Below are positions 1 through 9,365 of a stretch of 64,000 nt of DNA, in pieces; position 1 is the first letter of the stretch, and each line of letters starts with the position of its first letter. This stretch comes from Myxococcota bacterium (GTDB lineage: Bacteria > Myxococcota > XYA12-FULL-58-9 > JALHOP01), in the NCBI GenBank assembly GCA_022842935.1, contig JALHOP010000010.1:106144-170143 (forward strand), given 5' to 3'. The notes under the pieces are model-generated. The model saw nothing but the letters and a program-made list of their open reading frames with translations, searched no databases and was not told where the DNA came from. The position numbers and the translations under genes are program-made.

Positions 1-663
1 CGCTTCTGTCTCGAGGTGCTCGACGGCTCGCATGCAGCCATGTTGGGCAAGCTCAGCGACCGAGAAGTGTCCCGTCGCGACCGCCAGGCACTGCGCGCCA
101 ATCGCGTGGGCCGCCGCGATGTCTTTTGGAGTGTCGCCAATCACCACCACACGACACCGCGATAGCGGGAGGCCAAGCCGTTCGGCTCCGCGCTCGGCCC
201 CATGGCGAATCAAGGTTGGGCGGTCTTCAGCGTCCGAGCCGAAGCCGCCAAAGTCGAAGCGCTCATAGAGATCGACGCGCGAGAGTTTGATCTTCGCCCC
301 AGGCACGATGTTGCCAGTACCTAGGCCCACAGCGTGGCCAGCCGCGTGGGCGCGGTCGATGGTCGCCCGAACCCCGGGATGAACGCGATACCGCTCGAGC
401 GGAATGTTCGCGACGTGGTGCTCGAGGCGAGCCAGATAGGCGTCGAGGACCTTGGTGATGGCGGCGTCGCTGACATCGGCGCCGATGACCTGCAAGCCTT
501 GGCGGACAATGGCTGGGTCGGTCATGCCGTCGAGACGAAAGCTCGAGATCGCGTCCCGCCGTGCGTAGAGAGCCTCGAAAGCATCCTCCAGGGCGACGCG
601 GCCTGTCCCGGTGCTGTCTATGAGAGTGCCGTCGACATCGAAGAGTAAAATCGTGGGTTGCAC
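1..663 (-). CDS. HAD-superfamily hydrolase (phosphoglycolate phosphatase-like), runs off the left edge
   Basis: Manual translation from GTG at 663 gives (M)QPTILLFDVDGTLIDS (motif I DxDGT) and later VVVIGDTPKDIAAA (motif IV). Absent from the ORF track because there is no stop inside the window. Confidence 0.85.
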   Translation of the reverse strand, partial: MQPTILLFDVDGTLIDSTGTGRVALEDAFEALYARRDAISSFRLDGMTDPAIVRQGLQVIGADVSDAAITKVLDAYLARLEHHVANIPLERYRVHPGVRATIDRAHAAGHAVGLGTGNIVPGAKIKLSRVDLYERFDFGGFGSDAEDRPTLIRHGAERGAERLGLPLSRCRVVVIGDTPKDIAAAHAIGAQCLAVATGHFSVAELAQHGCMRAVEHLETEA

Positions 664-729
664 GAAAGATGCATTAACAAACCGTGCCGCCCTTGCGCTA
701 CCGCCCACTCGATTGGCAGCATTTGGTCG

Positions 730-2325
730 ATGCCCTCGAGCACCCAAGCGAAGGTCGTGACGCTTCCGTCCGCGAAGCTCCCCTTGCCCATCGTGCTCGG
801 TGCAGTGGGCCTGACCCTCATCACGGTGATGATGCTCTTGGTGAGCGACGGCAACCTCGTCGTCGCACTCGTGCCGACCATACTCCTTGGCGTGGTCTGG
901 TACATGACCGTCAAACCGGTAGCGCACTCACTCATCGTCCTGTTTGGCGTGTGCCTGCTCATGCACAACCCCGGTATGCGCCCCCACGATGGCAACTGGG
1001 ACGGTCCGCTCCAGCCGGTTGGCCGGCTGCTGTATGACAACCTGCGCAACATCGTTGGCGTCGACGCGCTGCGCTTCAACGCGATCGAGGCGGTGCTCTT
1101 CTTTCTTGCACTCCTCATTCTCTTACGCTGGCTCGTTGGCAGTCGCATCGACAATCCCGAAGGCACGAGCGCCGCGCGGCCTTTGAAGCTCGCTCTCGGG
1201 CTGTGCTTGGTGACGCTCTTCGCATGGATCGCTTGGGGCATCGCGCGCGGCGGTAACTCGCAGCAGATGCTGTGGCAGACCCGTCAGATCATGTGGGCCC
1301 CGCTCATGAGCGCTATGTTCATCCACGCATTCCGAACGCCCAAGTGGCACCGTGCGCTGGGTTTCATCATCATCGGTGTGGCCATCGTCCGCTGTCTCGA
1401 CGGCATTTACTTCTTCTACGGGATGGTGAAGCCGAGGGCGTTGTTCGTTGAATACAGCATCACCCACGAAGACTCGATGCTACTCATCACCACGGTGGTG
1501 ATGCTCGCGGCGATGATGCTCGAGCGTCCGACAAAGCGGACGCTGCTGACGGTCATGTCCATCTTCCCGATCATCGCTGTCGGACTGGTCGTGAACCACC
1601 GGCGGCTCGCCTACGTGTCGCTCGCGATGTCGCTCATCGCAGTCTTCCTTCTCATCAACGTGAATCTGCGTAGACGCATCATCCGATGGATGCTCATCGG
1701 CGCGCCGGTGCTCATCCTCTACGTTGGCGCGGGCGTTGCTGCGAAGGGTGAGTCGATCATTTTCTTCCCGATCCGCAGCCTGGTCTCGGTCGCCGACACC
1801 AAAAACGCGTCGAACCAGACGCGCGATATCGAGAATTACAATCTGCTCTACACCTATCGGGACGCGCCCCTGCTCGGACTCGGATTCGGGCACGAGTACA
1901 ACGAGGTCAGCGTCGCCTACGATATCTCGCACGCCATGCCGAACTACCGATACATCGCCCACAACAGCGTGTTGTGGCTCCTCATGTTGTGCGGAGGCAT
2001 TGGCTTTGCTGGCATGTGGCTCTACTACGTCGTTTCCATCTTCCTCGGCGCACGCGTCTACCGGCTCACGACCGACCCGGACATCGCCGTAGGTGCTCTC
2101 ACCTCGGTAGCCGCGGTGATCTGTTTCATCTTCCAGGCCTTCGGCGACATGGGCATGATCGGCTGGATGGGAGTCCTGCTCCTGTCAGCCGCAAACGCAG
2201 TGGTCGCGACCTCGGCGACGCGTGTCGGCGCTTGGAGCGATGTCGGCACCCCCGCACCGAAGGCGCAGGCCCACTCGAGCGGCGTGGAGTCGGAAGAGCC
2301 TCTACGCGCCGAGCAAATCGCCTAG
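730..2325 (+). CDS. O-antigen ligase / Wzy-like polymerase family membrane protein
   Basis: About 12 hydrophobic segments. Periplasmic loop with SNxxR...PLLGLGFG...AHNSVLWL, typical of Wzy_C. ATG 730 preferred over the track start at 658. Confidence 0.75.
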   Translation: MPSSTQAKVVTLPSAKLPLPIVLGAVGLTLITVMMLLVSDGNLVVALVPTILLGVVWYMTVKPVAHSLIVLFGVCLLMHNPGMRPHDGNWDGPLQPVGRLLYDNLRNIVGVDALRFNAIEAVLFFLALLILLRWLVGSRIDNPEGTSAARPLKLALGLCLVTLFAWIAWGIARGGNSQQMLWQTRQIMWAPLMSAMFIHAFRTPKWHRALGFIIIGVAIVRCLDGIYFFYGMVKPRALFVEYSITHEDSMLLITTVVMLAAMMLERPTKRTLLTVMSIFPIIAVGLVVNHRRLAYVSLAMSLIAVFLLINVNLRRRIIRWMLIGAPVLILYVGAGVAAKGESIIFFPIRSLVSVADTKNASNQTRDIENYNLLYTYRDAPLLGLGFGHEYNEVSVAYDISHAMPNYRYIAHNSVLWLLMLCGGIGFAGMWLYYVVSIFLGARVYRLTTDPDIAVGALTSVAAVICFIFQAFGDMGMIGWMGVLLLSAANAVVATSATRVGAWSDVGTPAPKAQAHSSGVESEEPLRAEQIA

Positions 2326-3719
2326 GCCGCAAGGACCTTGCGCACCAACCGCAGGTCTTCCACCAGGAGCTCGAACATCGCGTCGCGTGCGTCGTCGTCG
2401 GGAGCGCGCAAGATGGCCGCCGGGTGATAGCTCACGATCACATCGCCCGAAGGCGATGCAAGGCGTTGTCCGCGATCACGTGCAACGGTCACCGTCTTGC
2501 CGAGTAAGCTCTGGGCAGCAGAGGCACCGAGAGCAACGATGAGGTCGGGTTTGACCAAGCGAAGCTCGGCAAAGAGCCACGGCTTGCACGCCTCGATCTC
2601 GCCGCCGTCGGGCTTTTGATGCAGACGGCGCTTGCCCATGGGGCGCCACTTGAAGTGTTTGACCGCGTTGGTGACGTACACCTCGCTGCGCGCGATGCCG
2701 GCGGCAGCGAGCGCTTTGTCGAGCATCTTGCCAGCGGGGCCCACGAAGGGGTGCCCCTGTTTGTCTTCTTCGTCACCCGGTTGCTCGCCAACCAGCACGA
2801 CACGCGCGCCCCCGAGGCCCTCTCCAAACACTGTCTGGGTTGCGCTCTCGTGCAGCGGACAGGCGCGACATCGCTTCGAGGCCTCGCGCAGGACCTCGAG
2901 CGACGCGCCCTCGGGAACGAACGCGGCGGCCGAGCCGTTCGACGTGCTCTTCTTCACCATCTCCGCGGCCCTCCCCGACGCCTCGTGAACGAGCGTGGGG
3001 ATTAGGGCAGCCTCGGGCAAGGTCGCCCAGTGTTTCTTGGGCATCTCGCCGCGCATGTGGCCGACCTTCAAGCGGGCCGGATTGAAGATGGAGGCGTAGT
3101 AGGTGCGCCAGAGCTCCTCGAGCTCATCACCGCTGGGCGCGGCGGACCGTGGCACACCGTCGGTGAAGCGAGCCGTGACTCCATCCCAGCTCACCGAGCG
3201 ATCAGGCGTGAGGATCGCCCAACGCATGCTCGCGAAGCGCCCAACGAAGAACGGGGTCACGAGCGGGACGATGAGATGGTCGGGTCGGTGCCAGGCGATG
3301 TAGTGCGCCTCGGCATCGTCATCGCCACCAACGCGGCGAAACCGCACGAAGGCATGCATCTTGTGGGCGTCGCGATGCACTTCTTTGGAGAGAGCGCGCA
3401 AGCGATGCACGTCGGGGTCGAGCCCGTTGGCGAGCAACTCCGCCTCGCCGTGGGTGAGCCTGTGAAGCACCCGATAGAGCAGCCCCCACCGCGTGGCGCT
3501 TCGATGGTGCGCAACGTAGCGCGCTTCATCGAGAAAGCGTCGCGGGACCTTGAGAACCCCGGTCGGCGCCGGAACTGGCAAAGGAGGTCCGGAGAACAGA
3601 TCGCCCGACGCGGTCGGATCGCAGAACACCACGTCGCCGGGAAGCGCGCCCTCTGCCAAAAGACCGCGCGCCGCATCACGCCAACTCTCCCAGCTACCGT
3701 CGATAGCGACCGCGCGCAT
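2322..3719 (-). CDS. udgX: DUF4130 (TIGR03915-type) domain fused to UdgX-family uracil-DNA binding protein
   Basis: N-half has HKMHAFVRFR, RFASMRWAILTP, LWRTYYASIFNPARL and EMPKKHW. C-half has CxxCPL, GEQPG, HPFVGPAG, TNAVKHFK, KRRLH and HPAAILR. Confidence 0.9.
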   Translation of the reverse strand: MRAVAIDGSWESWRDAARGLLAEGALPGDVVFCDPTASGDLFSGPPLPVPAPTGVLKVPRRFLDEARYVAHHRSATRWGLLYRVLHRLTHGEAELLANGLDPDVHRLRALSKEVHRDAHKMHAFVRFRRVGGDDDAEAHYIAWHRPDHLIVPLVTPFFVGRFASMRWAILTPDRSVSWDGVTARFTDGVPRSAAPSGDELEELWRTYYASIFNPARLKVGHMRGEMPKKHWATLPEAALIPTLVHEASGRAAEMVKKSTSNGSAAAFVPEGASLEVLREASKRCRACPLHESATQTVFGEGLGGARVVLVGEQPGDEEDKQGHPFVGPAGKMLDKALAAAGIARSEVYVTNAVKHFKWRPMGKRRLHQKPDGGEIEACKPWLFAELRLVKPDLIVALGASAAQSLLGKTVTVARDRGQRLASPSGDVIVSYHPAAILRAPDDDARDAMFELLVEDLRLVRKVLAA

Positions 3720-3721
3720 GC

Positions 3722-5005
3722 TCAGAGCTCACCGGTCAAGGCGCTAACCTTGGGAGCAAAAAGAGGCAGCTGTTCGGACTTCGCGCTCACCATGAGTCGC
3801 AGCCTGTCGCTATCGATAAAGCGCGTCGCGGCGTTGTGATCGGCGGTGACGACGAACGGCAATGTCCGCGTCAGCGGAACCCGCAAGCGTCGCAGATCGG
3901 CGGTCGTGATGCCGCGAAACCTACGCGCCGCGACAATACGCTCGACGTTGCGCGCGCCGAGGCCCGGGACGCGCAAGAGCAGCTCGCGCGATGCCCGGTT
4001 GATATCGAGGGGGAACATGGCGCGGTGGCGCAGCGCCCAGGCGAGCTTCGGGTCGATTGCGAGGTCGAGGTTGGGCTCCTCAGGGGTTGTGATCTCAGCC
4101 GCGCTGAATCCGTAAAAGCGGATGAGCCAATCGGCCTGATAGAGTCGATGCTCGCGCACCAAGGGCGGCGCTTGTCCCGGAAGCCCCGGAGATGCGTCGG
4201 GGATCGGGCTAAAGGCTGAATAGTAGACGCGACGAAGCTTGTAGCCGGTGTAGAGCGAGGTGGCGGTCTCCAAAATGGTCGCGTCGGTGCTCGCAGTGGC
4301 TCCGACGATCATCTGCGTGCTCTGCCCCGCCGGCGCAAACCGCCGCGCCTTGTGGGCGAGCCGCGTCACGCGCGGGTTCTTGCGACTCTCGGCGCGCTCG
4401 GCTTTCACTGCGTCGCAGCCATCCCGGATCTCGCGCATGGCGGTGGTCACGTCACTCACCCGCTTGGCTGGAGCGAGGGCGTCGAGGTCGCCTTGGGTTG
4501 GCAGCTCGATGTTGGCGCTCAGGCGGTCGGCCCACGTGCCTGCCGCGCGAAGAGACTCCGCCGAGGCCCCTGGCACCGCCTTGAGATGGATGTAACCGTT
4601 GAAACGGTGCTGCTCACGCAGGCAGCGCGCGACAGCGGTGAGCTGCTCCATGGTGTAGTCGACGTCGCGAATGATGCCCGACGAAAGAAACAGGCCCTCG
4701 ATGTAGTTGCGTCGGTAAAACGCGAGGGTGAGGTTCACGACCTCGTCGATGGCAAAACGCGCACGCTCGACGTTACTCGAGACACGATTCACGCAGTATT
4801 TGCAGTCGTAGATGCAGTAGTTCGTGAGCAGCAGCTTGAGCAAAGAAATGCATCGGCCGTCGGGCGTGTAGCTGTGGCAAATCCCCACCCCGGTGGTGCT
4901 GCCGAGCCCGTCGCGCGTCCCGGACCGCCGTGCGCCACTGCTCGCACATGATGCGTCGTACTTTGCCGCATCTGCGAGGATTTTTAGCTTCTGTTGGACT
5001 TGCAC
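3722..5005 (-). CDS. Putative DNA modification/repair radical SAM protein (TIGR03916-type) with HhH motif
   Basis: KLKILADAAKYDASC, GICHSYTPDGRCISLLK, CxxxCxxC (CIYDCKYC), REHRLYQADWL and LLRVPGLG. GTG 5005 is the likely start. Confidence 0.92.
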   Translation of the reverse strand: MQVQQKLKILADAAKYDASCASSGARRSGTRDGLGSTTGVGICHSYTPDGRCISLLKLLLTNYCIYDCKYCVNRVSSNVERARFAIDEVVNLTLAFYRRNYIEGLFLSSGIIRDVDYTMEQLTAVARCLREQHRFNGYIHLKAVPGASAESLRAAGTWADRLSANIELPTQGDLDALAPAKRVSDVTTAMREIRDGCDAVKAERAESRKNPRVTRLAHKARRFAPAGQSTQMIVGATASTDATILETATSLYTGYKLRRVYYSAFSPIPDASPGLPGQAPPLVREHRLYQADWLIRFYGFSAAEITTPEEPNLDLAIDPKLAWALRHRAMFPLDINRASRELLLRVPGLGARNVERIVAARRFRGITTADLRRLRVPLTRTLPFVVTADHNAATRFIDSDRLRLMVSAKSEQLPLFAPKVSALTGEL

Positions 5006-5027
5006 AGCGAACGCCCTTGCGAGCCCA

Positions 5028-5047
5028 TACTGCACAGACTTTCAGTG
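5028..5047. promoter_or_regulatory. Candidate LexA (SOS) box
   Basis: taCTG-cacagacttt-CAGtg fits CTG-N10-CAG and lies about 25 bp upstream of the radical SAM start. Confidence 0.55.
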
Positions 5048-5162
5048 CTCGGCAAGATCGCAGCAGTGGGGCAATTCGCCGCAGAAATCGGTGAGTGGCG
5101 AAAAAAGGGACCACCTCGGTGTCGGATCGCCATCAAAACGCACGTTCTTGCGCTGTCGCGAT

Positions 5163-5178
5163 TGGCACGTCCCCTGCA
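5163..5178 (+). promoter_or_regulatory. Sigma-54 (-24/-12) promoter candidate
   Basis: TGGCACGTCCCCTGCA has GG-N10-GC spacing and matches TGGCACG-N4-TTGC except at one base. Confidence 0.6.
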
Positions 5179-5188
5179 ATCTTTGGGG

Positions 5189-5318
5189 GCACTGTTCGAT
5201 GGAACGTCCTGGGGGGTGATGCTCGGCGCGTCCCTGCGAAGCATGGGGGGCTGAACGGGGACGCGCTTCCGCGTCACACGCCAGAAGAAAAAGCGACTCG
5301 GGGGGGTCGCTTTTTTTT
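5189..5318 (+). ncRNA. Candidate small RNA of about 130 nt
   Basis: Lies between the sigma-54 motif and a U8 terminator. Internal stem GCGCGTCCC (5226-5234) pairs with GGGACGCGC (5258-5266). No credible ORF. Confidence 0.45.
5288..5318. terminator. Bidirectional intrinsic terminator
   Basis: AAAAAGCGAC-tcgggggg-GTCGCTTTTTTTT. U8 on the + strand, U5 on the - strand downstream of gnd. Confidence 0.75.
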
Positions 5319-5410
5319 GCCCCTATCGTCCGCTATCGCGGACAATCTGACACAAGGCATTCGGGTGGCGGCCTCTTTGAGCCACTCCACCCGGCGAGGC
5401 CCTGCGCCTG

Positions 5411-6826
5411 TTACTTCAACCACTCAGAGTGGACTGGGCCGGCCTTTACGTTGTCACGGCGAACGTACGTATGAGCGCCAAACGCGTCACGCTGCGCCTG
5501 GGTGAGGTTCTGCGGCAGGTCGGCGCTTCGCACCCCATCGAACCAGGTCAGCGAAGCCGCGAAAGCCGGCATCGCAATGCCCTCCGCCATCGACCGGCCG
5601 ACGAGTGCGCGCCACTGCGGAGCGGCTTTCCGCACATCACCGCCGAGGCTTGCGTCCGCGACGAGGTTGCGCATCTCTTTCTGCTTACCGAAAGCCTGCA
5701 TGATCGTGTCGAGCAGCTTCGCTCTGATGATGCAGCCTCCTTTCCAAATGCGCGCGATCTCACGCCGATCGATATCCCACGTGTAAGCCTGGGACGCCGC
5801 GTGGATGAGCTCCATCCCCTGAGCGTAGGCGCAGACCTTCGCGGCGAGGAGGCCGTCGTGGACCTCGGCAATACGCGCTTCGCGCTCGCCAGCCGGAACC
5901 TTGCCGCGCGGCGGATCCTCGAAGGATCTCGCCATCGCCACCCTGCTGTCTTTTTGGGACGAAATCACACGCGCATCGAGCGCCGCCGCGATGCTCGGGA
6001 TCGCGACCCCCAGCTCGAGCGCTGCTTCCACCGTCCAGCGACCGGTCCCTTTCTGGCCTGCTTGATCGAGGACGAGGTCCACGAGGTGCTTTTGGGTGTC
6101 GCGGTCGCGCACGCGAAAGATCTTCGCCGTGATCTCGATGAGGAACGACTGCAGCGGACCTTGGTTCCAGCGATCGAAAACATCGGCAATCGCGTCGTTG
6201 TCGAGCCCGATGCCGCGACGCAAAACGTCGTAGGCCTCGGCGATGAGCTGCATATCGGCGTATTCGATGCCGTTGTGGACCATCTTGGTGAAGTGGCCGG
6301 CACCGTCAGGGCCGCAATACGTGACACAGGGGCCCGACTCGGTCTTGGCGGCGACGCCCTCGAGCAGCGGCTTCAAGTGCTCGTACGCCTCGCGCGCTCC
6401 TCCCGGCATGAGGGAGGGCCCGCGCCGCGCACCTTCCTCGCCGCCCGACACACCCATCCCCACGAAGCGAAGCCCCTTCTCGGCGAGCGCTCGCTCGCGA
6501 CGCCGCGTGTCGGTGTAGAGCGAGTTGCCACCGTCGATGATGACATCGCCCTTGTCGAGATGAGCCGAGAGCTGCTCGGCTACGGAGTCGACCGCCTTGC
6601 CAGCCGTCACCATGACGAGAATGCGCCGCGGCTTCTCGAGCGCTGCGACCAGCCCCGCGATGTCTTTTGCGTCGACAAAGCCGGGGTGCTCGGCGAGGAA
6701 CTTCTCCTGCTTGTCGCGCTCGAGGTTCCATACCGCGACCCGTGCCCCATGGTCGGCGAAGTTCAGTGCGAGATTGGCGCCCATGACGCCGAGACCAACG
6801 ACTCCAAAGTTTGCCTGAGCTGGCAT
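5411..6826 (-). CDS. gndA: 6-phosphogluconate dehydrogenase, NADP-dependent, decarboxylating
   Basis: GLGVMG, IIDGGNS, GVSGGEEGA, KMVHNGIEY, QKGTG, GGCIIRA and QAQRDAFGAHTY. RBS AAGGGAG precedes ATG 6826. Confidence 0.97.
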   Translation of the reverse strand: MPAQANFGVVGLGVMGANLALNFADHGARVAVWNLERDKQEKFLAEHPGFVDAKDIAGLVAALEKPRRILVMVTAGKAVDSVAEQLSAHLDKGDVIIDGGNSLYTDTRRRERALAEKGLRFVGMGVSGGEEGARRGPSLMPGGAREAYEHLKPLLEGVAAKTESGPCVTYCGPDGAGHFTKMVHNGIEYADMQLIAEAYDVLRRGIGLDNDAIADVFDRWNQGPLQSFLIEITAKIFRVRDRDTQKHLVDLVLDQAGQKGTGRWTVEAALELGVAIPSIAAALDARVISSQKDSRVAMARSFEDPPRGKVPAGEREARIAEVHDGLLAAKVCAYAQGMELIHAASQAYTWDIDRREIARIWKGGCIIRAKLLDTIMQAFGKQKEMRNLVADASLGGDVRKAAPQWRALVGRSMAEGIAMPAFAASLTWFDGVRSADLPQNLTQAQRDAFGAHTYVRRDNVKAGPVHSEWLK

Positions 6827-6828
6827 GG

Positions 6829-7506
6829 CTAATCTCCCTTCGTTGCTGCTTCGTCCACGAACCAAACGCCGCGACGCGCGAGCCGCGCCGGCACATCCTC
6901 GACCTCTGTCGCTTCATCGCGCGCGCGCGCGAGCATCTGCGCCTTGTCGGCACCTGTCACCAGCATCACGATGCGGTCGGCCGCCTTCACGACTTCGGGA
7001 CCCAAGGTGAGTCGCTCGGGTGGAGGCTTCGGGCTGTCATTGACAAAAAGCACGCGCCTGCTCGAACGCAGAGCCGCCTTGTGAGGGAACAGCGACGCCG
7101 TGTGGCCGTCGGGTCCCATGCCCAAAAGAACGATGTCGAACCTCTTCGGCAGCAGCTCTTCGTAGTCGCGCGCAGCGGACTCCCGGTCTTTGCGCTCGCC
7201 CTCCATGCGCACGACGTTCACGTGCGGCCCAAGCGCGGCGCGAACCATGCGGTAGTTGCTGTCGTCGTGCGTGGGCGCGACACAGCGCTCGTCGGCAAAA
7301 AAAACGTCGACGCTCGGCCAGTGGATGCGCGTGGATGCGGCGAGGCGCGCATACGTTGGGCGCGGCGTCGACCCACCGGATACAGCGATCGTCGCGCGGC
7401 CATGGCGTCCAACGACATCGGCGAGGGCGTTCTCGAGAAACGCCGCGCAAGCCTCCTGCGCATCGCTCGGTGTCTTGCCAACCCGCAGCTCGCCCAGATC
7501 CCTCAC
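6829..7506 (-). CDS. pgl: 6-phosphogluconolactonase
   Basis: SGGSTP, DERCV, SNY, LGMGPDGHTASLFP and KPPPERLTL. GTGA overlap with the zwf stop. Confidence 0.95.
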   Translation of the reverse strand: MRDLGELRVGKTPSDAQEACAAFLENALADVVGRHGRATIAVSGGSTPRPTYARLAASTRIHWPSVDVFFADERCVAPTHDDSNYRMVRAALGPHVNVVRMEGERKDRESAARDYEELLPKRFDIVLLGMGPDGHTASLFPHKAALRSSRRVLFVNDSPKPPPERLTLGPEVVKAADRIVMLVTGADKAQMLARARDEATEVEDVPARLARRGVWFVDEAATKGD

Positions 7507-9011
7507 AGCGGATACCACTCGCGCCCGTCGACATCCATGAGCTCGCGAGCAGCGTCGGGGCCATCCGAGCCCTTGGCATACGAATGCACCTGCAACTCCT
7601 GCGACGGCCGCAAGAGCGGATCGATGAAGCGCCACGCTGTTTCGATCTCGTCACGGCGAGGAAACAAGGTGGCGTCGCCACGCATGGCATCGAGCAACAG
7701 TCGCTCGTACGCCTCGGCCGGTTTCTTCGAGAAAACTTCGGCGTAACGCATCTGCATGTCGACATTGGCGAGCGCGAACTCGACGCCCGGCACTTTCGAC
7801 ATGAACCCGAGACCGATGCCTTCGCCAGGCTGGATACGTAGCGTCAGCACGTTGTTTCGGATGGCGTCAGTGGCGCGACCAAACAGTGACAACGGGATAC
7901 CTGTGAAGCAGATCTTCACCTCGGTGAGACGCGATTTGAGCCCCTTGCCAGCGCGCAAGTAGAACGGCACCCCCTGCCAACGCCAGTTGTCGATGAAGAG
8001 CTTGAGGGCCGCGTAGGTCGGCGTTCGCGAGTCACGCGCAACGTCTTTCTCGTTGCGGTAGCCCTCGTATTGTCCGAGCACCGCTTGATGCGCCACCCGT
8101 TTAGCATCGAACGGACGAAGGGCGCGCAAAACTTGCGCCTTCTCGCTACGGATTTCGTCGGCGTTCAAGGTGTTTGGCGGCTCCATGGCAAATAGCGCGA
8201 GCACCTGCAGCAAGTGGTTCTGCACGACGTCGCGAAGGATGCCGGTTTCCTCGTAGAAGCGCCCGCGGCCCTCGATGTCGATCTGCTCTGCAGCGGTGAT
8301 CTGGACGTGGTCGATGAACTTGCGGTTCCAGAGCGGCTCGAAGATGCCGTTGGCGAAGCGGAAGACCAGCAAATTTTGCACGGTCTCCTTCCCCAAGTAG
8401 TGGTCAATGCGAAAAATTTGCGCCTCATCGAGCGTTTTCGCCGACAGCTCGTTGAGGCGACGTGCCGACTCGAGATCCTGGCCGAAGGGCTTCTCGACGA
8501 TCACCCGTGTCCAACGGTCAGTGGCTGCCTTCGGTCCGATGAGCTGGGCAGACTGCAAGCGCGGAAGGATCTCGGGGAAGACGGACGCGGGGACCGAAAG
8601 ATAGAACAACACGCTCTTGCCGGTCCCATGCACCTTCTCGCCGTTGTCGATGACGCGACGGAGCTCCTCGTACGTCCGCATGTCATCCACATCGCCGCGC
8701 ACCATGTAGAGACAGCTCTCGAGCCGCTTCCAGGCGGTCGGGTCGACCTCGTTGTCGCCCGTGAATTTGTCGAGCGCTTCGAGCACCGTGGCGCGCAGAG
8801 CCTTGTCATCCGCGATGCTACGCGCGACGCCGATGACCATGAACTTCTCGGGGAGGTCGCCGCCGCGGGCGAGCTTGTAGAGCGCGGGGAACAGCTTGCG
8901 CTTGGCTAGGTCGCCAGAGGCTCCGAAGATGACGACGCTGCAAGGTCCTGGGCGGCGTTCGACCATCCCTTCGATGGCCGAGGCCTCGCCCGGCTGGAAG
9001 ACTGGCTGCAT
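7503..9011 (-). CDS. zwf: Glucose-6-phosphate 1-dehydrogenase
   Basis: GASGDLAKRKL, EKPFG, RIDHYLGKE and RWQGVPFYLRAGK. Confidence 0.97.
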   Translation of the reverse strand: MQPVFQPGEASAIEGMVERRPGPCSVVIFGASGDLAKRKLFPALYKLARGGDLPEKFMVIGVARSIADDKALRATVLEALDKFTGDNEVDPTAWKRLESCLYMVRGDVDDMRTYEELRRVIDNGEKVHGTGKSVLFYLSVPASVFPEILPRLQSAQLIGPKAATDRWTRVIVEKPFGQDLESARRLNELSAKTLDEAQIFRIDHYLGKETVQNLLVFRFANGIFEPLWNRKFIDHVQITAAEQIDIEGRGRFYEETGILRDVVQNHLLQVLALFAMEPPNTLNADEIRSEKAQVLRALRPFDAKRVAHQAVLGQYEGYRNEKDVARDSRTPTYAALKLFIDNWRWQGVPFYLRAGKGLKSRLTEVKICFTGIPLSLFGRATDAIRNNVLTLRIQPGEGIGLGFMSKVPGVEFALANVDMQMRYAEVFSKKPAEAYERLLLDAMRGDATLFPRRDEIETAWRFIDPLLRPSQELQVHSYAKGSDGPDAARELMDVDGREWYPL

Positions 9012-9365
9012 TGGGGCTCCGGTGGCGTGACTAACGCTGAGATAGACGTGACCCTGGGAGGCGGGTCAAGCCACTGCCGGAGCTACTTGGGCAAAAGATC
9101 GGCGGGAAACGTCGCGAGAGCCCGGCCGTAACGGCCGGGCCGCGACTTTGAAACAACTTGGTCGGGGGCTCGTAAGGCGGGTGCTCGGGCACAGATACTC
9201 ACGCCAGCGCGGTCGGTTGGAGATCCTTCGGTTCTCCGGGTGTGTACTCACGCGCAATGAACGTGCTGTCCTTTGACGCACCTAGCGGGCCTCGTCGACC
9301 TTGCGACGATTGAGGCACGTTGGACCCACCGGTCTGCTCGAGCAGCCACGGTGGAAGAAACGCGA

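Noticed and set aside
5199-5254. Two tiny overlapping ORFs (MERPGG*, MLGASLRSMGG*) inside the candidate sRNA
   Set aside because: Too short and without a clear RBS. The Gly-Gly ends simply reflect the G-tracts.
5429-6832. 467-aa + strand ORF antisense to gndA, and similar long shadow ORFs (56710..57930, 60195..61448, 62657..63706, 52145..53107)
   Set aside because: These are antisense frames of well-supported genes. High GC3 codon bias suppresses stops on the opposite strand, and the products have no motifs.
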